In this document: piece after piece, positions 20,384-31,159 of the stretch
Layout: each line of letters opens with the position of its first letter
Numbering within the stretch: position 1 is the stretch's first letter
Notes under the pieces: model-generated
Databases searched by the model: none
Told to the model about the DNA's origin: nothing
Seen by the model: only the letters and a program-made list of their open reading frames with translations
Made by a program: the position numbers and the translations under genes
NCBI GenBank assembly: GCA_041662565.1
Contig: JBAZSE010000002.1
Span: 27,244-91,243, forward strand
From: Patescibacteria group bacterium
Lineage (GTDB): Bacteria; Patescibacteriota; Patescibacteriia; UBA1558; UBA10009
Direction: 5' to 3'
DNA length: 64,000 nt

Positions 20384-21091
20384 TTATTCGGTAATAATCG
20401 GTTCCTCAACATTCTCTGCGGGTAAAACGGCTTTAACCGCGCTTAAATAATAAGTTCTTAAAGCCAAGGTGTAATCCATCTGACCATTACCGCTGGTAAA
20501 GCCCACGGAAACAATATCCAGCAACCGGATATTTTTTTCTATTTTATCCAGCAAAAGCTTAAAAGCATTATAGTCGCCACCGGCAACATTTAAAGTAATG
20601 TTAACTGCTTGAATGTTCTTACCCAGCGGGGGCAAAGCCAGCTCAATGGCATCGGGCTTGGCCGGCCTTTTTTTGCTAAGCTCTTTTTCGTCAAGTTCGC
20701 TATTGGTAAAGGATAAAGCGCTTATTTTAAATCCGCTCCGTTGGACCAACGCGTCTGTTTGGGCAATCAACTCGGGAATATTCGGCTCATCGGGCAAGAT
20801 CTGCTCTAAAATTTTAACTTCGGCGGCATACTTGCTTTGGGCAGTGTTGATTAATTTTTCCAGTTCAACCACCTTGGATTCGTAATTATCCAAAATTGCC
20901 AGTTCCGCCTGCTGGGAAGGCACATCAGCTTGGCTTGATTGGCTAACGGCTTGATATTTGGGATAAATAAATAAAAGCAAACCTAAAAGCAAAATAATAA
21001 CAAAAATAACTGCGCCGACAATTTTAAAATTCTTATTTAGCCAAACATTCAATTCAGCCGCTTGTTTTTGTTTTTTTTCGCCTTGCTCCAT
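20384..21091 (-). CDS. pilO: Type IV pilus biogenesis protein PilO
   Basis: TM helix plus coiled coil, ILPDEPNIPEL, GDYNAFKLLLDKIEKNIRLLDI. Confidence 0.85.
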   Translation of the reverse strand: MEQGEKKQKQAAELNVWLNKNFKIVGAVIFVIILLLGLLLFIYPKYQAVSQSSQADVPSQQAELAILDNYESKVVELEKLINTAQSKYAAEVKILEQILPDEPNIPELIAQTDALVQRSGFKISALSFTNSELDEKELSKKRPAKPDAIELALPPLGKNIQAVNITLNVAGGDYNAFKLLLDKIEKNIRLLDIVSVGFTSGNGQMDYTLALRTYYLSAVKAVLPAENVEEPIITE

Positions 21092-21096
21092 TTTAT

Positions 21097-22113
21097 TTAT
21101 TGATTATTTTTCTGCTGACTAGCGGTTGGAATTAAAAAATAAACTTCACCGTCCACCTTTAAGTTAACCGTAAAATTAACATCATTAGAAGCAGTATCGC
21201 CGGCTAAATTGGAAATGCTAGATTCGGTAATCAAATCAGTTGCCCGTTGATAAGCCAAATACTGTTTGGCCACACCGGTGTAACCGCTGGTAGAAACCGC
21301 GCTTAAAGTAACCGTGCCATCAATCGCCGTGTTAATGTCTTTATAATAAATATCCGGAATAGTCACGCTTTCCAAACGGCTGAAAAAATTAGTCCAATAA
21401 ATATGATTATTAAATAAAACCTTGATTGATTGCACCTTGTTGTACCAATTGCTCAAGGCCTCTTCTTTGGCTTTTAACTGGTTATAACGAACTTCGCTGG
21501 CGCTGACCTTGGCGGTTAATTGCTGTTGCTTAACGGTAACTTGGCGTTGGTACAAAACCACACCAACAAAAAATAAAACATTAACCAAAATACCGGCTAA
21601 AGCGTAATAAATAAAAAAATTATAAATTTTTTTGCTGGGCAATAAATCAGAACCCTCGGGAATCAAATTAACATCAACATTTTTATCCGATGATAAGCCA
21701 TTGGCGCTTTTTTGCTCCGTATTCTGGATAATCCTGCCTTTGGCCTGGCTTTTTTTAAATAATCTGCTTAAAAAACCTTCTGCTTTGGCTGCTGTTGGCT
21801 GAACATTTTTTTTGGGTAAACTGTTAGAAAAAATATTTAAACTCTTGGTTTCGGGTAATGGGCCTTTTTTCGCCTCTTCATCCAAATTAAAACTGCCATA
21901 ATTGGCACCGATAAATTGATTTCTAACCGGTTTTAACGGAGCAGGCCCAATGGCATCTGTTTGAGGCATGGGAACAGGTGTTTCTTTTTTTATCGATTCA
22001 GGATTTGTTTGAGGAAAATAAAAACCCACGCTCGGGCCAGCAGAGGGAGCTTGATCAAGCTGTTTGGCTTCTTCGGACCGCAAATCTTCGGGCAATAAAT
22101 TAATATCTGACAT
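21097..22113 (-). CDS. PilN-like protein with long N-terminal extension
   Basis: INLLP motif occurs twice (MSDINLLP, VNLIP), TM helix, coiled coil, IYWTNFF; lies between pilM and pilO. Confidence 0.75.
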   Translation of the reverse strand: MSDINLLPEDLRSEEAKQLDQAPSAGPSVGFYFPQTNPESIKKETPVPMPQTDAIGPAPLKPVRNQFIGANYGSFNLDEEAKKGPLPETKSLNIFSNSLPKKNVQPTAAKAEGFLSRLFKKSQAKGRIIQNTEQKSANGLSSDKNVDVNLIPEGSDLLPSKKIYNFFIYYALAGILVNVLFFVGVVLYQRQVTVKQQQLTAKVSASEVRYNQLKAKEEALSNWYNKVQSIKVLFNNHIYWTNFFSRLESVTIPDIYYKDINTAIDGTVTLSAVSTSGYTGVAKQYLAYQRATDLITESSISNLAGDTASNDVNFTVNLKVDGEVYFLIPTASQQKNNQ

Positions 22114-22123
22114 AATTAGTAAA

Positions 22124-23278
22124 TTATTTTATATCCCTCATAGCCAAACCAATGGCCACGGCCATGCGGGAACCCACTTCATCCAGCCCTGGCTTAAGCT
22201 CTTCTGGATAAATAACCTTATCCCAAGGATTGCCAATAATAGTTGGCTTGCTGAACAAATCCTGAAAATAATTAACCAAATTGGGCAAAAAAGCCGAACC
22301 GCCCGAAAGCACGATTTTTTCCATGGTTCTGCCCTCTTGGCCCTGATATAAATCAAGAACGTATTTGATTTCATTAATAATCGGCGAAAGCGAAGTGGCG
22401 ATATTTTTATTAATCCCCCTTGATTGGTCTTCCTGATTGATATTAACTCCAAAATCACGCTTAAATTGCTCGGCCCGTTCCAAAGTAATATTCAAACTGG
22501 TGGCAATGGCTTTGGTAATGGTTAATCCGCCCACATCTATACTGCGATTTAAAACAGGTACGCCTTTTTCTATAATACAAATATCCGTGGTAATGGAGCC
22601 GATATCCACGATCATCACGGTTGATGAATCGCCCCCGATTAATGATCTGGCCAAAGCAAAGGCCTCGGTTTCCAAACTGATTAATTTTAAATTGGCTTGC
22701 TTAAAAATACCCAAATACCGATTAACTAGATTTTTCGGCGCGGCCGTTACCAAAACTCTTAAATTTTCGCCTTTAACTGCTTCGCTGGCTGATTTTGCGG
22801 GATTAATCGAAGAGTCGGTTTTGTTAGAATTAAACAAAGAAAACTTTTTTTTGGGCGCTGAAAGCGGAATAAGTGGAACCTTGACCGCGTTATTTTCTTT
22901 AATTATCTTCCAATCCAAAATCATTTCTTCCAAAGGCAAAGGAACGTACTTTTTGGCCTCCCACTTGATGGCCGAAGCCATATCCTTGCCCGACATGGAC
23001 GGCAAAGTGATAATGGAATTAAAAACCGAAAAGGTGGGCAGGGCGGCAATGCAAAAATTGGTTTTAACCCGGCATTTTTGAACTAAATTTTTAAGGGAAT
23101 TAACGATTTTCTGCTGGTGTTCTTCGGATTTGCTATGGACAATATCACTGACAATATCCACATAGCCGTAAGTTAGTAATTTAGGCCGCCCGCCAGCGGA
23201 AATTAATTCCACTACTTTAATACTGGCAGTACCAATATCAACGCCTAAATAACTTTCTTTGGAAGAAAACAGGGGCAT
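22124..23278 (-). CDS. pilM: Type IV pilus assembly protein PilM
   Basis: GVDIGTASIKVVEL, EAKKYVPLP, VDIGSITT, LSGGSA, AVAIGLAMR. Confidence 0.96.
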   Translation of the reverse strand: MPLFSSKESYLGVDIGTASIKVVELISAGGRPKLLTYGYVDIVSDIVHSKSEEHQQKIVNSLKNLVQKCRVKTNFCIAALPTFSVFNSIITLPSMSGKDMASAIKWEAKKYVPLPLEEMILDWKIIKENNAVKVPLIPLSAPKKKFSLFNSNKTDSSINPAKSASEAVKGENLRVLVTAAPKNLVNRYLGIFKQANLKLISLETEAFALARSLIGGDSSTVMIVDIGSITTDICIIEKGVPVLNRSIDVGGLTITKAIATSLNITLERAEQFKRDFGVNINQEDQSRGINKNIATSLSPIINEIKYVLDLYQGQEGRTMEKIVLSGGSAFLPNLVNYFQDLFSKPTIIGNPWDKVIYPEELKPGLDEVGSRMAVAIGLAMRDIK

Positions 23279-23376
23279 AGTTTGAAAATGAGGATTAAGA
23301 ATTCAAAAATACAAAAATCCGGTTGCTAACTACCGATTATTATAACACAAAATTAATAAAATGACCAAGAATAAAA

Positions 23377-23500
23377 AGGCCTTGCCTTGTACCGTCATTG
23401 CGAGGAGCACCAGCGACGAAGCAATCCCGATGTTATACCAAGTACAACGGGATTGCTACGCCCCTTCGGGGCTCGCAATGACGACTTATGGCAAGACCTT
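23377..23500 (+). mobile_element. MITE/palindromic element GTCATTGCGAG...CTCGCAATGAC, copy 1
   Basis: Nested inverted repeats; inverted copy at 31159-31317 shares the internal spacer CCCGATGTTATACCAAGTACAACG. Confidence 0.8.
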
Positions 23501-23501
23501 T

Positions 23502-25985
23502 TTATTCAATCTGCAACGTGGAGTACGCCTCACGCCACAAGGGCAGGCCTTTGGAAAGATCTTTCAAGCCCGGAGGAGTATTAACCAAAATCCGGCCATC
23601 ATAAATTATTTTTTCAGCCGGCTCGCCGCCTCCTTTAAAAAATCTTTCAAAAACAAACTGCTTGGCCATAGCCATTCCATTAACCACCAATTGGGCGTGA
23701 TTAGCCGAATCATTGCCGGTTTTAAAATTACCGCAAGAAACATTGGGGCAAGCAATACCGTTTTTACCCAAGACGATAAAATTACCAACAAGATTAATCA
23801 CATTAGGCGCCACAATCACATCACCCTTAACAATCCAGGCCAAGGCGGCTAAATTTTCTATTTGCCCCGAAACAGCACTGCTTTCATAATACAAATTGCT
23901 GTTAATGTATAGATCACCATCAATTACTACCGTGCCAGCGCCTGATGAATTAAGGTTGCGGGCGTTAAAAAAAGTCATGGGGTTATCAATGGTAAAACTG
24001 TTTAAGCCCGCTCCCCCAAAATAATAAACTTGTCCCGCTAAATTCCTGGGCAAGTTAACATCCACATCCTGGCTTTGGTAACTTGTTTGCCCTCCGTTTA
24101 AAATTCGGCCAAAATCAATTATACCGCCAACGGTTTTGTATTTATTGCTGATATTAGGAAAACCCAAATTACGATAAGCCGAAAGCAAGCACGAGGGATT
24201 TTCGGAATTTAAATTAACAATATTGCCGCCGGCTAAAATGCAATAACTGGAATTAAACCGGCCGGCTGGCGCCGCGGAAGTATTGCTGGTTCCAACATGG
24301 CTTTGGCTGTAAATAGAACCGTATTTTGTTTCCAGCCAAGGCACATTTAATGATCCCTCAAACTGCGCCCAACCAGGACCGATTAACACCCCGTTCTCCA
24401 CACCGCCGGCCCAGCCATAACCTTTTAATGATCTTTGGCTTAAATTAACATGAACGCAAGAATCAGGCGTATCCGGCAATCCGGCATTGCACCAATTGCC
24501 CCTAAGCTGCAACCATCCGCTTTGATTATAGGTTAAATATTTGCCCCAGCCGGTTACTTGGCCGCTAGCTCGCGAATAAACTGCTTGAGCGATTGAACCA
24601 TCCGGTGTTAAGCCATAGGGTTGGCAAGTGGCTCCCAAGCAAACCCAGCCCAAATTGGAATCCCAAGCCCAGCCCGACATTGTATAATCAGGATTCATTT
24701 GCCAACCATAATTTGGCGGACAATAGTTAATGGGATCACCATAATAACTGTTATCGCAATTTAACGAAGTCCAGCCGTAATTGGAGCTCCACAGCCAGCC
24801 GGAAACAGCGCCATCCACCCCTAACTCATTAATGCTGTTGGTAAATGAACTAACAGCATTATTGGTATCCCTTACTTCTAGTAGAGTAACAAAGGTTGAG
24901 GTAGAATTAAAAATGTGCGTTTTAATATAACCGGCAAAACCCGTTTCCCAAACCGTATCAAAAACGCCATCATTTTCCCAGTCCCATCTAAAATCCAAAT
25001 TCGCCAAACTGTCTTCATAATCCGAAGAACAGTTGGCGTTGTAACTGTAAACTTGAGCGGGGTTAAGCGATTGGGTCGGGCTAACAATAAAACACGCTTG
25101 AGGAGCGCTGTTTTCCTGCCAGGTAAAACGCAATTGAAATAATTGCGGAGTAACGGAAGTTTGATTGGTTTGCATGTGAACTTTAAAATACAGCCCTGTG
25201 CCAGCCGGACCATTAAAAGGTACCGTTATTGCATCCGGCAAAATTTGTAAAGGAAAACTAAACCAAGTATTGGGTTTAGGCGTGCCACTGGTATCGCCGT
25301 ACCAATCGTTGCCGTTATTGGAAATTTGATATTCCAAGGTTTTGCCAAAAGGCCATTGAACCGGCTGGAAAGCAACAGATAAAACATTACCATTACCAAC
25401 ACGGTTTAATAAATTAGTGGACTGGACTGTGCCGTTTGGATGGTAGTTAGGCGGGTTAGGCCCTAATTCCACTAAGGCCTCGGCAATATCCCAATTAATT
25501 CTGGTAGTTGCTCCTTGAAAAGTAGCATCATTAAAACTTTCCACAAAATAGTGGGCGCCATGATTAGTAACTCGGTGCGAAAGGCCTGTTGAACCTTGCC
25601 AATAATCGCTCCACACTCCCCCTTCTTGCATCCTTACTCTGATTAATAAAGTTGGGGCATAAATTTTGGAAGTAGACCAATAATAAATCCGATGATTATT
25701 AGCAATAATGGTGTAGTTGGCAGTAATGGCGTTCCAGCTTTGTCCGGCATCATTGGAATATTCCAATTCCCAAGCCGTAGGATTGGCCTGGCCGGTCGTG
25801 GCATCTAAAACCAACAAAGCATCGTACGAATCATTGGTTCCCCCATCCTGCAAAATGTCATCGCCGGATAAAATAACGCTTGGCGGGGTAACGGCAGCAA
25901 AAATAAAATTCTGCCAAATAAAAAAAGCGGCAAAAACTAAAATTACTGCGATCAAATAAAAATTTAATTTTTTAAGGATGAGCAT
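23502..25985 (-). CDS. Large secreted/surface protein with PKD-like domain and GW-x-WS repeats
   Basis: N-terminal signal/TM, NSAPQACF...FRWDWENDG PKD-like segment, GWLWSSNYGW/GWAWDSNLGW repeats, beta-rich C-terminus. Confidence 0.8.
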   Translation of the reverse strand: MLILKKLNFYLIAVILVFAAFFIWQNFIFAAVTPPSVILSGDDILQDGGTNDSYDALLVLDATTGQANPTAWELEYSNDAGQSWNAITANYTIIANNHRIYYWSTSKIYAPTLLIRVRMQEGGVWSDYWQGSTGLSHRVTNHGAHYFVESFNDATFQGATTRINWDIAEALVELGPNPPNYHPNGTVQSTNLLNRVGNGNVLSVAFQPVQWPFGKTLEYQISNNGNDWYGDTSGTPKPNTWFSFPLQILPDAITVPFNGPAGTGLYFKVHMQTNQTSVTPQLFQLRFTWQENSAPQACFIVSPTQSLNPAQVYSYNANCSSDYEDSLANLDFRWDWENDGVFDTVWETGFAGYIKTHIFNSTSTFVTLLEVRDTNNAVSSFTNSINELGVDGAVSGWLWSSNYGWTSLNCDNSYYGDPINYCPPNYGWQMNPDYTMSGWAWDSNLGWVCLGATCQPYGLTPDGSIAQAVYSRASGQVTGWGKYLTYNQSGWLQLRGNWCNAGLPDTPDSCVHVNLSQRSLKGYGWAGGVENGVLIGPGWAQFEGSLNVPWLETKYGSIYSQSHVGTSNTSAAPAGRFNSSYCILAGGNIVNLNSENPSCLLSAYRNLGFPNISNKYKTVGGIIDFGRILNGGQTSYQSQDVDVNLPRNLAGQVYYFGGAGLNSFTIDNPMTFFNARNLNSSGAGTVVIDGDLYINSNLYYESSAVSGQIENLAALAWIVKGDVIVAPNVINLVGNFIVLGKNGIACPNVSCGNFKTGNDSANHAQLVVNGMAMAKQFVFERFFKGGGEPAEKIIYDGRILVNTPPGLKDLSKGLPLWREAYSTLQIE

Positions 25986-26877
25986 AGCAGGCCTTTAAAT
26001 GCAAAACCCCGTCGGCGCTAAACCAAGCTGAAGTTAAATCGCTTAAAGGGCCGTTTTTAATAACCAAATTGCCGCTGCCGTTATCGTTATAATCGCCTTG
26101 GGCAAATTCTTCAAAATTATTATTTTGATCAAATTTTTGAGATAAAAACAACGTTAGGTCTCCATCGGGGTCACAGGCAACAAAAGCGGCAACAGGAACA
26201 CCTTGACTGTCATTAATTCTAAAAACTCCGGCCGGTGAATCACAGTACCAAGTTGGTGATTCTATATATTCAGGAAGGTACTCGGCAACATATTCCACTG
26301 ATCCATTTCCCGCAACACCATTTCCAGTCATAAATAAATAACCTTCTGCAGTAATATAGGCCTTTTCTGCACCAGCGGGGTTATAAATAACAAATTTATA
26401 GCTTGGATTTTCTATGATATTTTGATTTTGGGTAAAACAATCATGAGCTCGATCTTCGGGGTTTCCGCCACCCGCAGGAGCCAATCCGCAGGAACCGCAA
26501 CTTGCAAAATAAGGATAGGTGGCAGTTTGAGCGTAACAAAAGCCCGAAGCTTGTTCACCTTGCCAATTTCCACACCAAAAACCATAACCTAAATCGCAAT
26601 TACTGCACTGGTCGCTGTTATTGCAAAAAACCGGCTCCATCATATAACATTGTTGATTTTGAGGACATTGCTGGTTAAGCGAACAGGCCGTACCGGAAGG
26701 CATGCCGTCACCTCGATCGGCGCCATATACTTTTTCAATCCTTAAAGTTTGAATAATATTTTTTTTATAAATTTGAGGCCAGAAAAAAATTGCCCCACCT
26801 ATCAATAAAATCGCCCAAAAAAACAAAATAAAATAAAACTTATTTGTCTGGTTGATTTTTAACTTCTGTAATAACAT
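25972..26877 (-). CDS. Cys-rich membrane-anchored hypothetical protein
   Basis: TM helix followed by a cysteine-rich region; overlaps the start of the next gene. Confidence 0.75.
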   Translation of the reverse strand: MLLQKLKINQTNKFYFILFFWAILLIGGAIFFWPQIYKKNIIQTLRIEKVYGADRGDGMPSGTACSLNQQCPQNQQCYMMEPVFCNNSDQCSNCDLGYGFWCGNWQGEQASGFCYAQTATYPYFASCGSCGLAPAGGGNPEDRAHDCFTQNQNIIENPSYKFVIYNPAGAEKAYITAEGYLFMTGNGVAGNGSVEYVAEYLPEYIESPTWYCDSPAGVFRINDSQGVPVAAFVACDPDGDLTLFLSQKFDQNNNFEEFAQGDYNDNGSGNLVIKNGPLSDLTSAWFSADGVLHLKACYAHP

Positions 26878-26926
26878 AAATTATATTTTGTCTTATACTC
26901 TGTATAATTTGTTCGCTTGCTGCAAA

Positions 26927-29227
26927 TTATTGCCCTAAGCGGATAATAACATTGCCGTTTTCAAATTGAATTGAAGAAACGCCAGTGGAATTTTTTATTT
27001 CATTTCCACCAACGGTAAGATTACCGGTGGTAGTAGCGTCACCATTTGAATTTATACTTAAGACATCAGCTCCTCGCCAAAATTTTAAAACATCATCTGC
27101 CTGATTAACATACATACCCCAATGCTCTGTCGCACCCGCGCCATATTTTAGTTGCAACTCAGGATTTTGCGCTGTATCAGCAATACGTATTCTAGCCGTT
27201 CCGCCAGTATCATCCCTAACCTCAAATTTTTCCGCTGGAGAAACAGCGCCAATACCCACATTCCCACCATTATCCAAAATCAATTGATTACTGGCTCCAT
27301 CGACATTAATCAATAAATCTCCATTGCTATCCATTTGAAAATCCGAATAGACCGTTCCGTCTGCTTGAGTAAGGCGTAATTGAGGATTAGAAGCATCAAG
27401 AACATCTAATTTTCTATCTGGACCAACGGTATTAATACCCAAATTACCAGTTTCTGTTAACCTCATAAGCTCATTAGCTCCAGCAGGCGCCGTGCCTAAA
27501 GCGGTATTTTTGCCAAAAATAATATTTCTAGTATCAGCGTCATTATTATTATAATCCATTTTAATATAAACGTTATCTTCACCGTTTAGATGAACATCAC
27601 CGCTATCATCATAAAAATCACTACCTTGAGCTATAATATCGCCAACAGAAAGAATATAGGTGCTATTAATTGTTGATCGTAAGACGTTATTAACCGCAAA
27701 ATTAATATTACCATCAGCACTGGAATAAATACCTGTATTGGTGTCACCTGTAAAGCTATAGGCCGGCGTGGTTGGCGTATTAGCTGCGGGTAGTAAAATA
27801 TGGCCGCCGATGCTTAAATCACTGGCTAATTGAGCGCCGGTAATGCCGGCTGAACCATTAATATCAGCTGACATAATTGAACCATCAATTATTTCAACTG
27901 AGCCAATCGCATTATCCGCCATTTTAGGGTTAGTAACGGCATTATTAGCAAGTCCGCCATTATCATCAGCCGCACAAATCCAAGAAAAAATGTTATTTCC
28001 ATCGTCAAAAAGTTTTAACACCTGACCGTCGGTACAACCATTGGAACCATCATAATCAGATGGCACATAAAAACCTTTAATATAAGATTGTTGACCGAAT
28101 TGATCGGCACCTAGGGTAACATTACCTTCCCTATCAACCTTAAACTTATCAGTGCTGTTTCTTTGCAATAATAATAAATTGCCGACCGAAGCATTGGTCA
28201 TATTGCCATAAAACAAATTCTGGCCTGCTGTGACATTTACTACCGAACCAGCCATAACCATGCCATTAATATCTAATTTAACACTGGGATTATCCTTGCC
28301 AATGCCAACACCGACACCCGGATCAATATATATTTGTGCGCTTGATTTATTTTTGCTTTGGCCAATGCTAAAACCAGATTCACTATTTCCGCTATTGTAA
28401 GGAATGCCGGCAAACCAAGAAATATTTTCCACCGTGTATAAAGATAATCCCTCAGATACCGTATCAGGCGATCTATTGATACGAACTTCTCCGCTATAAG
28501 GATTGGGGGCGCTAATATTAAGTAAAGTTGTATTAGTATTATTCCAATTACGATAGAAAGTTAACCCGGCATCACCGCTAAAAGAACCGGCATTGTTAAA
28601 TTGCACCTGGGTATCGGCTCCACCCGGCGTACTTCCACCCGCCGGTGGTTCCCAGCTAGCTAAGCCATTGGCATCGGAAGTTAAAACCTGGCCAGCCGCC
28701 GGAGTACCGCCGGCTATGGTTATTACTCCGCTAATATTTAAATTTCCGGTTAAACCGGTATTACCGGTTACACCAAACGGTCCTACAAAATAACCGGCCC
28801 AAGCTCCATTAATTGCTTGTCCATGAACAGCGGCATAACCGCCAATAGCCCCGGCAGTAGTTAAGCCAAAAACTCCATCACCTGCTCCATGGCCATAAAC
28901 AGCCACAGCTGTTCCGGCGTTGGTAACATCAACACCCGTAGTAAAAGTAGCCAAAGAGTTAAAACTTGCAGTTGCTTGCAAAGTTAAGGCGCCATTACTA
29001 GCTACAGTAAAAAATTTAGCGGCCGGATCAGCCGGACCAACACTTAAACCGCCTGTAACATTTATACTCCCTGCTTTTGTTTGGTTAGAAGCGCTAACAT
29101 CCACGGGCATAGAAGTATTGCCATTAGGCGGATTAGCCGGCGGGGCCTGCCAAACATCGGCGTTAGCCAAAGATATATTTATTAAAAGAGAGAGAACCAA
29201 AAATAACGCTATTGTTAGATTTTTCAT
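26927..29227 (-). CDS. Secreted fibre/adhesin-like protein
   Basis: Signal peptide, WQAPPANPPNGN...QTKAG N-terminus, GQVLTSDANGLASW, GGADTQVQFNNAG and GNVGIG tail-fibre-like repeats. Confidence 0.8.
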   Translation of the reverse strand: MKNLTIALFLVLSLLINISLANADVWQAPPANPPNGNTSMPVDVSASNQTKAGSINVTGGLSVGPADPAAKFFTVASNGALTLQATASFNSLATFTTGVDVTNAGTAVAVYGHGAGDGVFGLTTAGAIGGYAAVHGQAINGAWAGYFVGPFGVTGNTGLTGNLNISGVITIAGGTPAAGQVLTSDANGLASWEPPAGGSTPGGADTQVQFNNAGSFSGDAGLTFYRNWNNTNTTLLNISAPNPYSGEVRINRSPDTVSEGLSLYTVENISWFAGIPYNSGNSESGFSIGQSKNKSSAQIYIDPGVGVGIGKDNPSVKLDINGMVMAGSVVNVTAGQNLFYGNMTNASVGNLLLLQRNSTDKFKVDREGNVTLGADQFGQQSYIKGFYVPSDYDGSNGCTDGQVLKLFDDGNNIFSWICAADDNGGLANNAVTNPKMADNAIGSVEIIDGSIMSADINGSAGITGAQLASDLSIGGHILLPAANTPTTPAYSFTGDTNTGIYSSADGNINFAVNNVLRSTINSTYILSVGDIIAQGSDFYDDSGDVHLNGEDNVYIKMDYNNNDADTRNIIFGKNTALGTAPAGANELMRLTETGNLGINTVGPDRKLDVLDASNPQLRLTQADGTVYSDFQMDSNGDLLINVDGASNQLILDNGGNVGIGAVSPAEKFEVRDDTGGTARIRIADTAQNPELQLKYGAGATEHWGMYVNQADDVLKFWRGADVLSINSNGDATTTGNLTVGGNEIKNSTGVSSIQFENGNVIIRLGQ

Positions 29228-29347
29228 AGTTTTTATTAAAAGTTAAAAATTAAAATTTATTAACTTTAAGTTTTAAGCTTTAAATTTTAAGTTTTGACTT
29301 TTAACCACCTTAATTGTATAATAAATTAGAATTAAAAACAACTATTT

Positions 29348-29602
29348 ATGTCAACAATCCAAAAAAATCTGTTAATTAAAGTTATCGGCTTAATAATTCT
29401 CTTGCTGGCTATTTGGCTGATTGGTTATTTTAGCGGTTTGGAAATCGGGCAAAAAAAAGCCATTCAAGAATTTTCTTTGCAAAATCAGCAAAAGCAGAAT
29501 TTTGAGCAAAATAATCAACTTCCCCAAATTCCGGCAGGTGCAGAAGCAGGCGCCAACCTGACTAATAATGCTTTTCCGGAAATTCCTAAAATTATTAAAT
29601 AA
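29348..29602 (+). CDS. Small membrane hypothetical protein
   Basis: ORF with a TM helix; co-oriented upstream of lemA. Confidence 0.7.
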   Translation: MSTIQKNLLIKVIGLIILLLAIWLIGYFSGLEIGQKKAIQEFSLQNQQKQNFEQNNQLPQIPAGAEAGANLTNNAFPEIPKIIK

Positions 29603-29616
29603 TAACTTAAAAAAAT

Positions 29617-30174
29617 ATGTCTGATATTCTTTGGATTATCATTGCCGTTGCGGCCATTATTGTTTTTTGGCTAATTGCGGTTTACAACGGCTTAATTACT
29701 CTAAAAAATAGGACCGATGAGGCCTGGAGCGATATTGATGTGCAATTAAAAAGAAGATACGATCTGATCCCCAATTTGTTGGAAACGGTTAAGGGCTACG
29801 CCTCCCACGAAAAGGACTTGTTGGAAAATGTAACTAAAGCCAGGAGCACGGCTATGAATGCCCAGTCCCCCGAAGCCAAAGGCGAGGCTGAAAATATGCT
29901 CTCCTCAACTTTAAAATCATTGTTTGCCGTAGCGGAAAATTATCCGCAGCTGCGCGCCTCGGAAAATTTTGCCAAATTACAGGATGAACTTTCCGATACC
30001 GAAAATAAAATTCAGGCCTCCCGCAGATTTTACAATGGCAATGTGCGCGACTTTAACACCAAACTTCAGGTTTTCCCTAATAACTTACTAGCCAACATGA
30101 TGAACTTTAAGGCCCGGGAATTTTTTGAAATAGAAAATGAAACGGAGAGAGAAAATGTTAAAGTAAAGTTTTAA
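29617..30174 (+). CDS. lemA: LemA family protein
   Basis: [41 protein letters not shown]. Confidence 0.96.
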   Translation: MSDILWIIIAVAAIIVFWLIAVYNGLITLKNRTDEAWSDIDVQLKRRYDLIPNLLETVKGYASHEKDLLENVTKARSTAMNAQSPEAKGEAENMLSSTLKSLFAVAENYPQLRASENFAKLQDELSDTENKIQASRRFYNGNVRDFNTKLQVFPNNLLANMMNFKAREFFEIENETERENVKVKF

Positions 30175-30179
30175 CATTA

Positions 30180-30268
30180 GCGAAGAAGGGCAAGAAAATT
30201 TTTTTCGGTCCAAGGCGAGTTGAGGGAGGGAGACGAGGACAAAAAAATTTTACTTGCCCGCATGAGCT
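30180..30268 (+). other. Long hairpin with purine-rich loop between lemA and htpX
   Basis: GGGCAAGAAAATTTTTTT...AAAAAAATTTTACTTGCCC. Confidence 0.6.
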
Positions 30269-30271
30269 TTT

Positions 30272-31159
30272 ATGTATAATCAAATCACTTCTAATAAACG
30301 CAAAACCTGGGTTCTAATGACTATCTTTATGATAGTCATTGTGCTTTTGGGTTGGGTTTTTGGCGAAAGCCAAGGAATTGGTTATGGCGGCATAGCCATT
30401 GCTATGGTTATTGCGGTAGTTATGAATCTGGTGGGCTATTTTAAAGGCGATAAAATCGCTTTAGCCATGAGCAAAGCTAGAGCCATTAATAAAGAAGATA
30501 ATTCCTATGTTTATAGGATGGTAGAAAATCTTTGTTTGGCAAGCGGGTTGGTTGCGCCCAAAATTTATATCTTGCCCGATCAAAACATTAATGCTTTTGC
30601 CTGCGGCCGCAAGCCCGAAACCGCCTCCATTGCGATTAGCGCAGGCGCGATTGAAAAATTGGAAAATGAAGAATTGGAAGGCGTTATTGCCCACGAACTT
30701 TCTCATATTAAAAATTACGACATCAGGGTTATGACCATTGTGATTATCTGCGTTGGGGTAGTTACCTTAATGGCTGATTTCTTTTTGCGAACGCAGTTCT
30801 TGTTTGGCGGCCGCAGAGATAACCGCGAAAGCGGTCAGTTGGGAGCCATATTAATGATTGTTGGCTTGGTTTTAGCCATCCTCTCCCCTGTTTTTGCCAC
30901 CCTAATTCAACTGGCCGTTTCTCGCAAACGGGAATACTTAGCCGATGCCTCGGGCGCTCTTTTAACTCGCTACCCCGAAGGTTTAGCCCGCGCTTTAGAA
31001 AAAATTAAAAACTCCAATCAACCCTCCAAAACAGCCAATCATGCCACGGCCCATTTGTATATTGCCAATCCTTTTGAAGGAGTTGGTAAAAAAGTGACTG
31101 GTCTTTTTTCGACCCATCCGCCACTGGATGATCGGATTGCCAAATTAAGAAACATGTAA
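30272..31159 (+). CDS. htpX: M48 zinc metalloprotease HtpX
   Basis: NAFACG, HELSH, SRKREYLADA, LARALEKI, FSTHPP. Confidence 0.95.
   Translation: MYNQITSNKRKTWVLMTIFMIVIVLLGWVFGESQGIGYGGIAIAMVIAVVMNLVGYFKGDKIALAMSKARAINKEDNSYVYRMVENLCLASGLVAPKIYILPDQNINAFACGRKPETASIAISAGAIEKLENEELEGVIAHELSHIKNYDIRVMTIVIICVGVVTLMADFFLRTQFLFGGRRDNRESGQLGAILMIVGLVLAILSPVFATLIQLAVSRKREYLADASGALLTRYPEGLARALEKIKNSNQPSKTANHATAHLYIANPFEGVGKKVTGLFSTHPPLDDRIAKLRNM

Noticed and set aside
10280-23278. Type II secretion system
   Set aside because: PilMNO, a PilT-like protein, pilins and no secretin indicate a type IV pilus
23361-23852. ORFs 23361-23852, 23387-23584 and 31176-31388
   Set aside because: They are translations of the palindromic MITE and/or antisense to real genes
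26927-29227. Prophage tail gene
   Set aside because: The protein has a signal peptide, and no capsid, terminase, integrase or other phage genes are nearby
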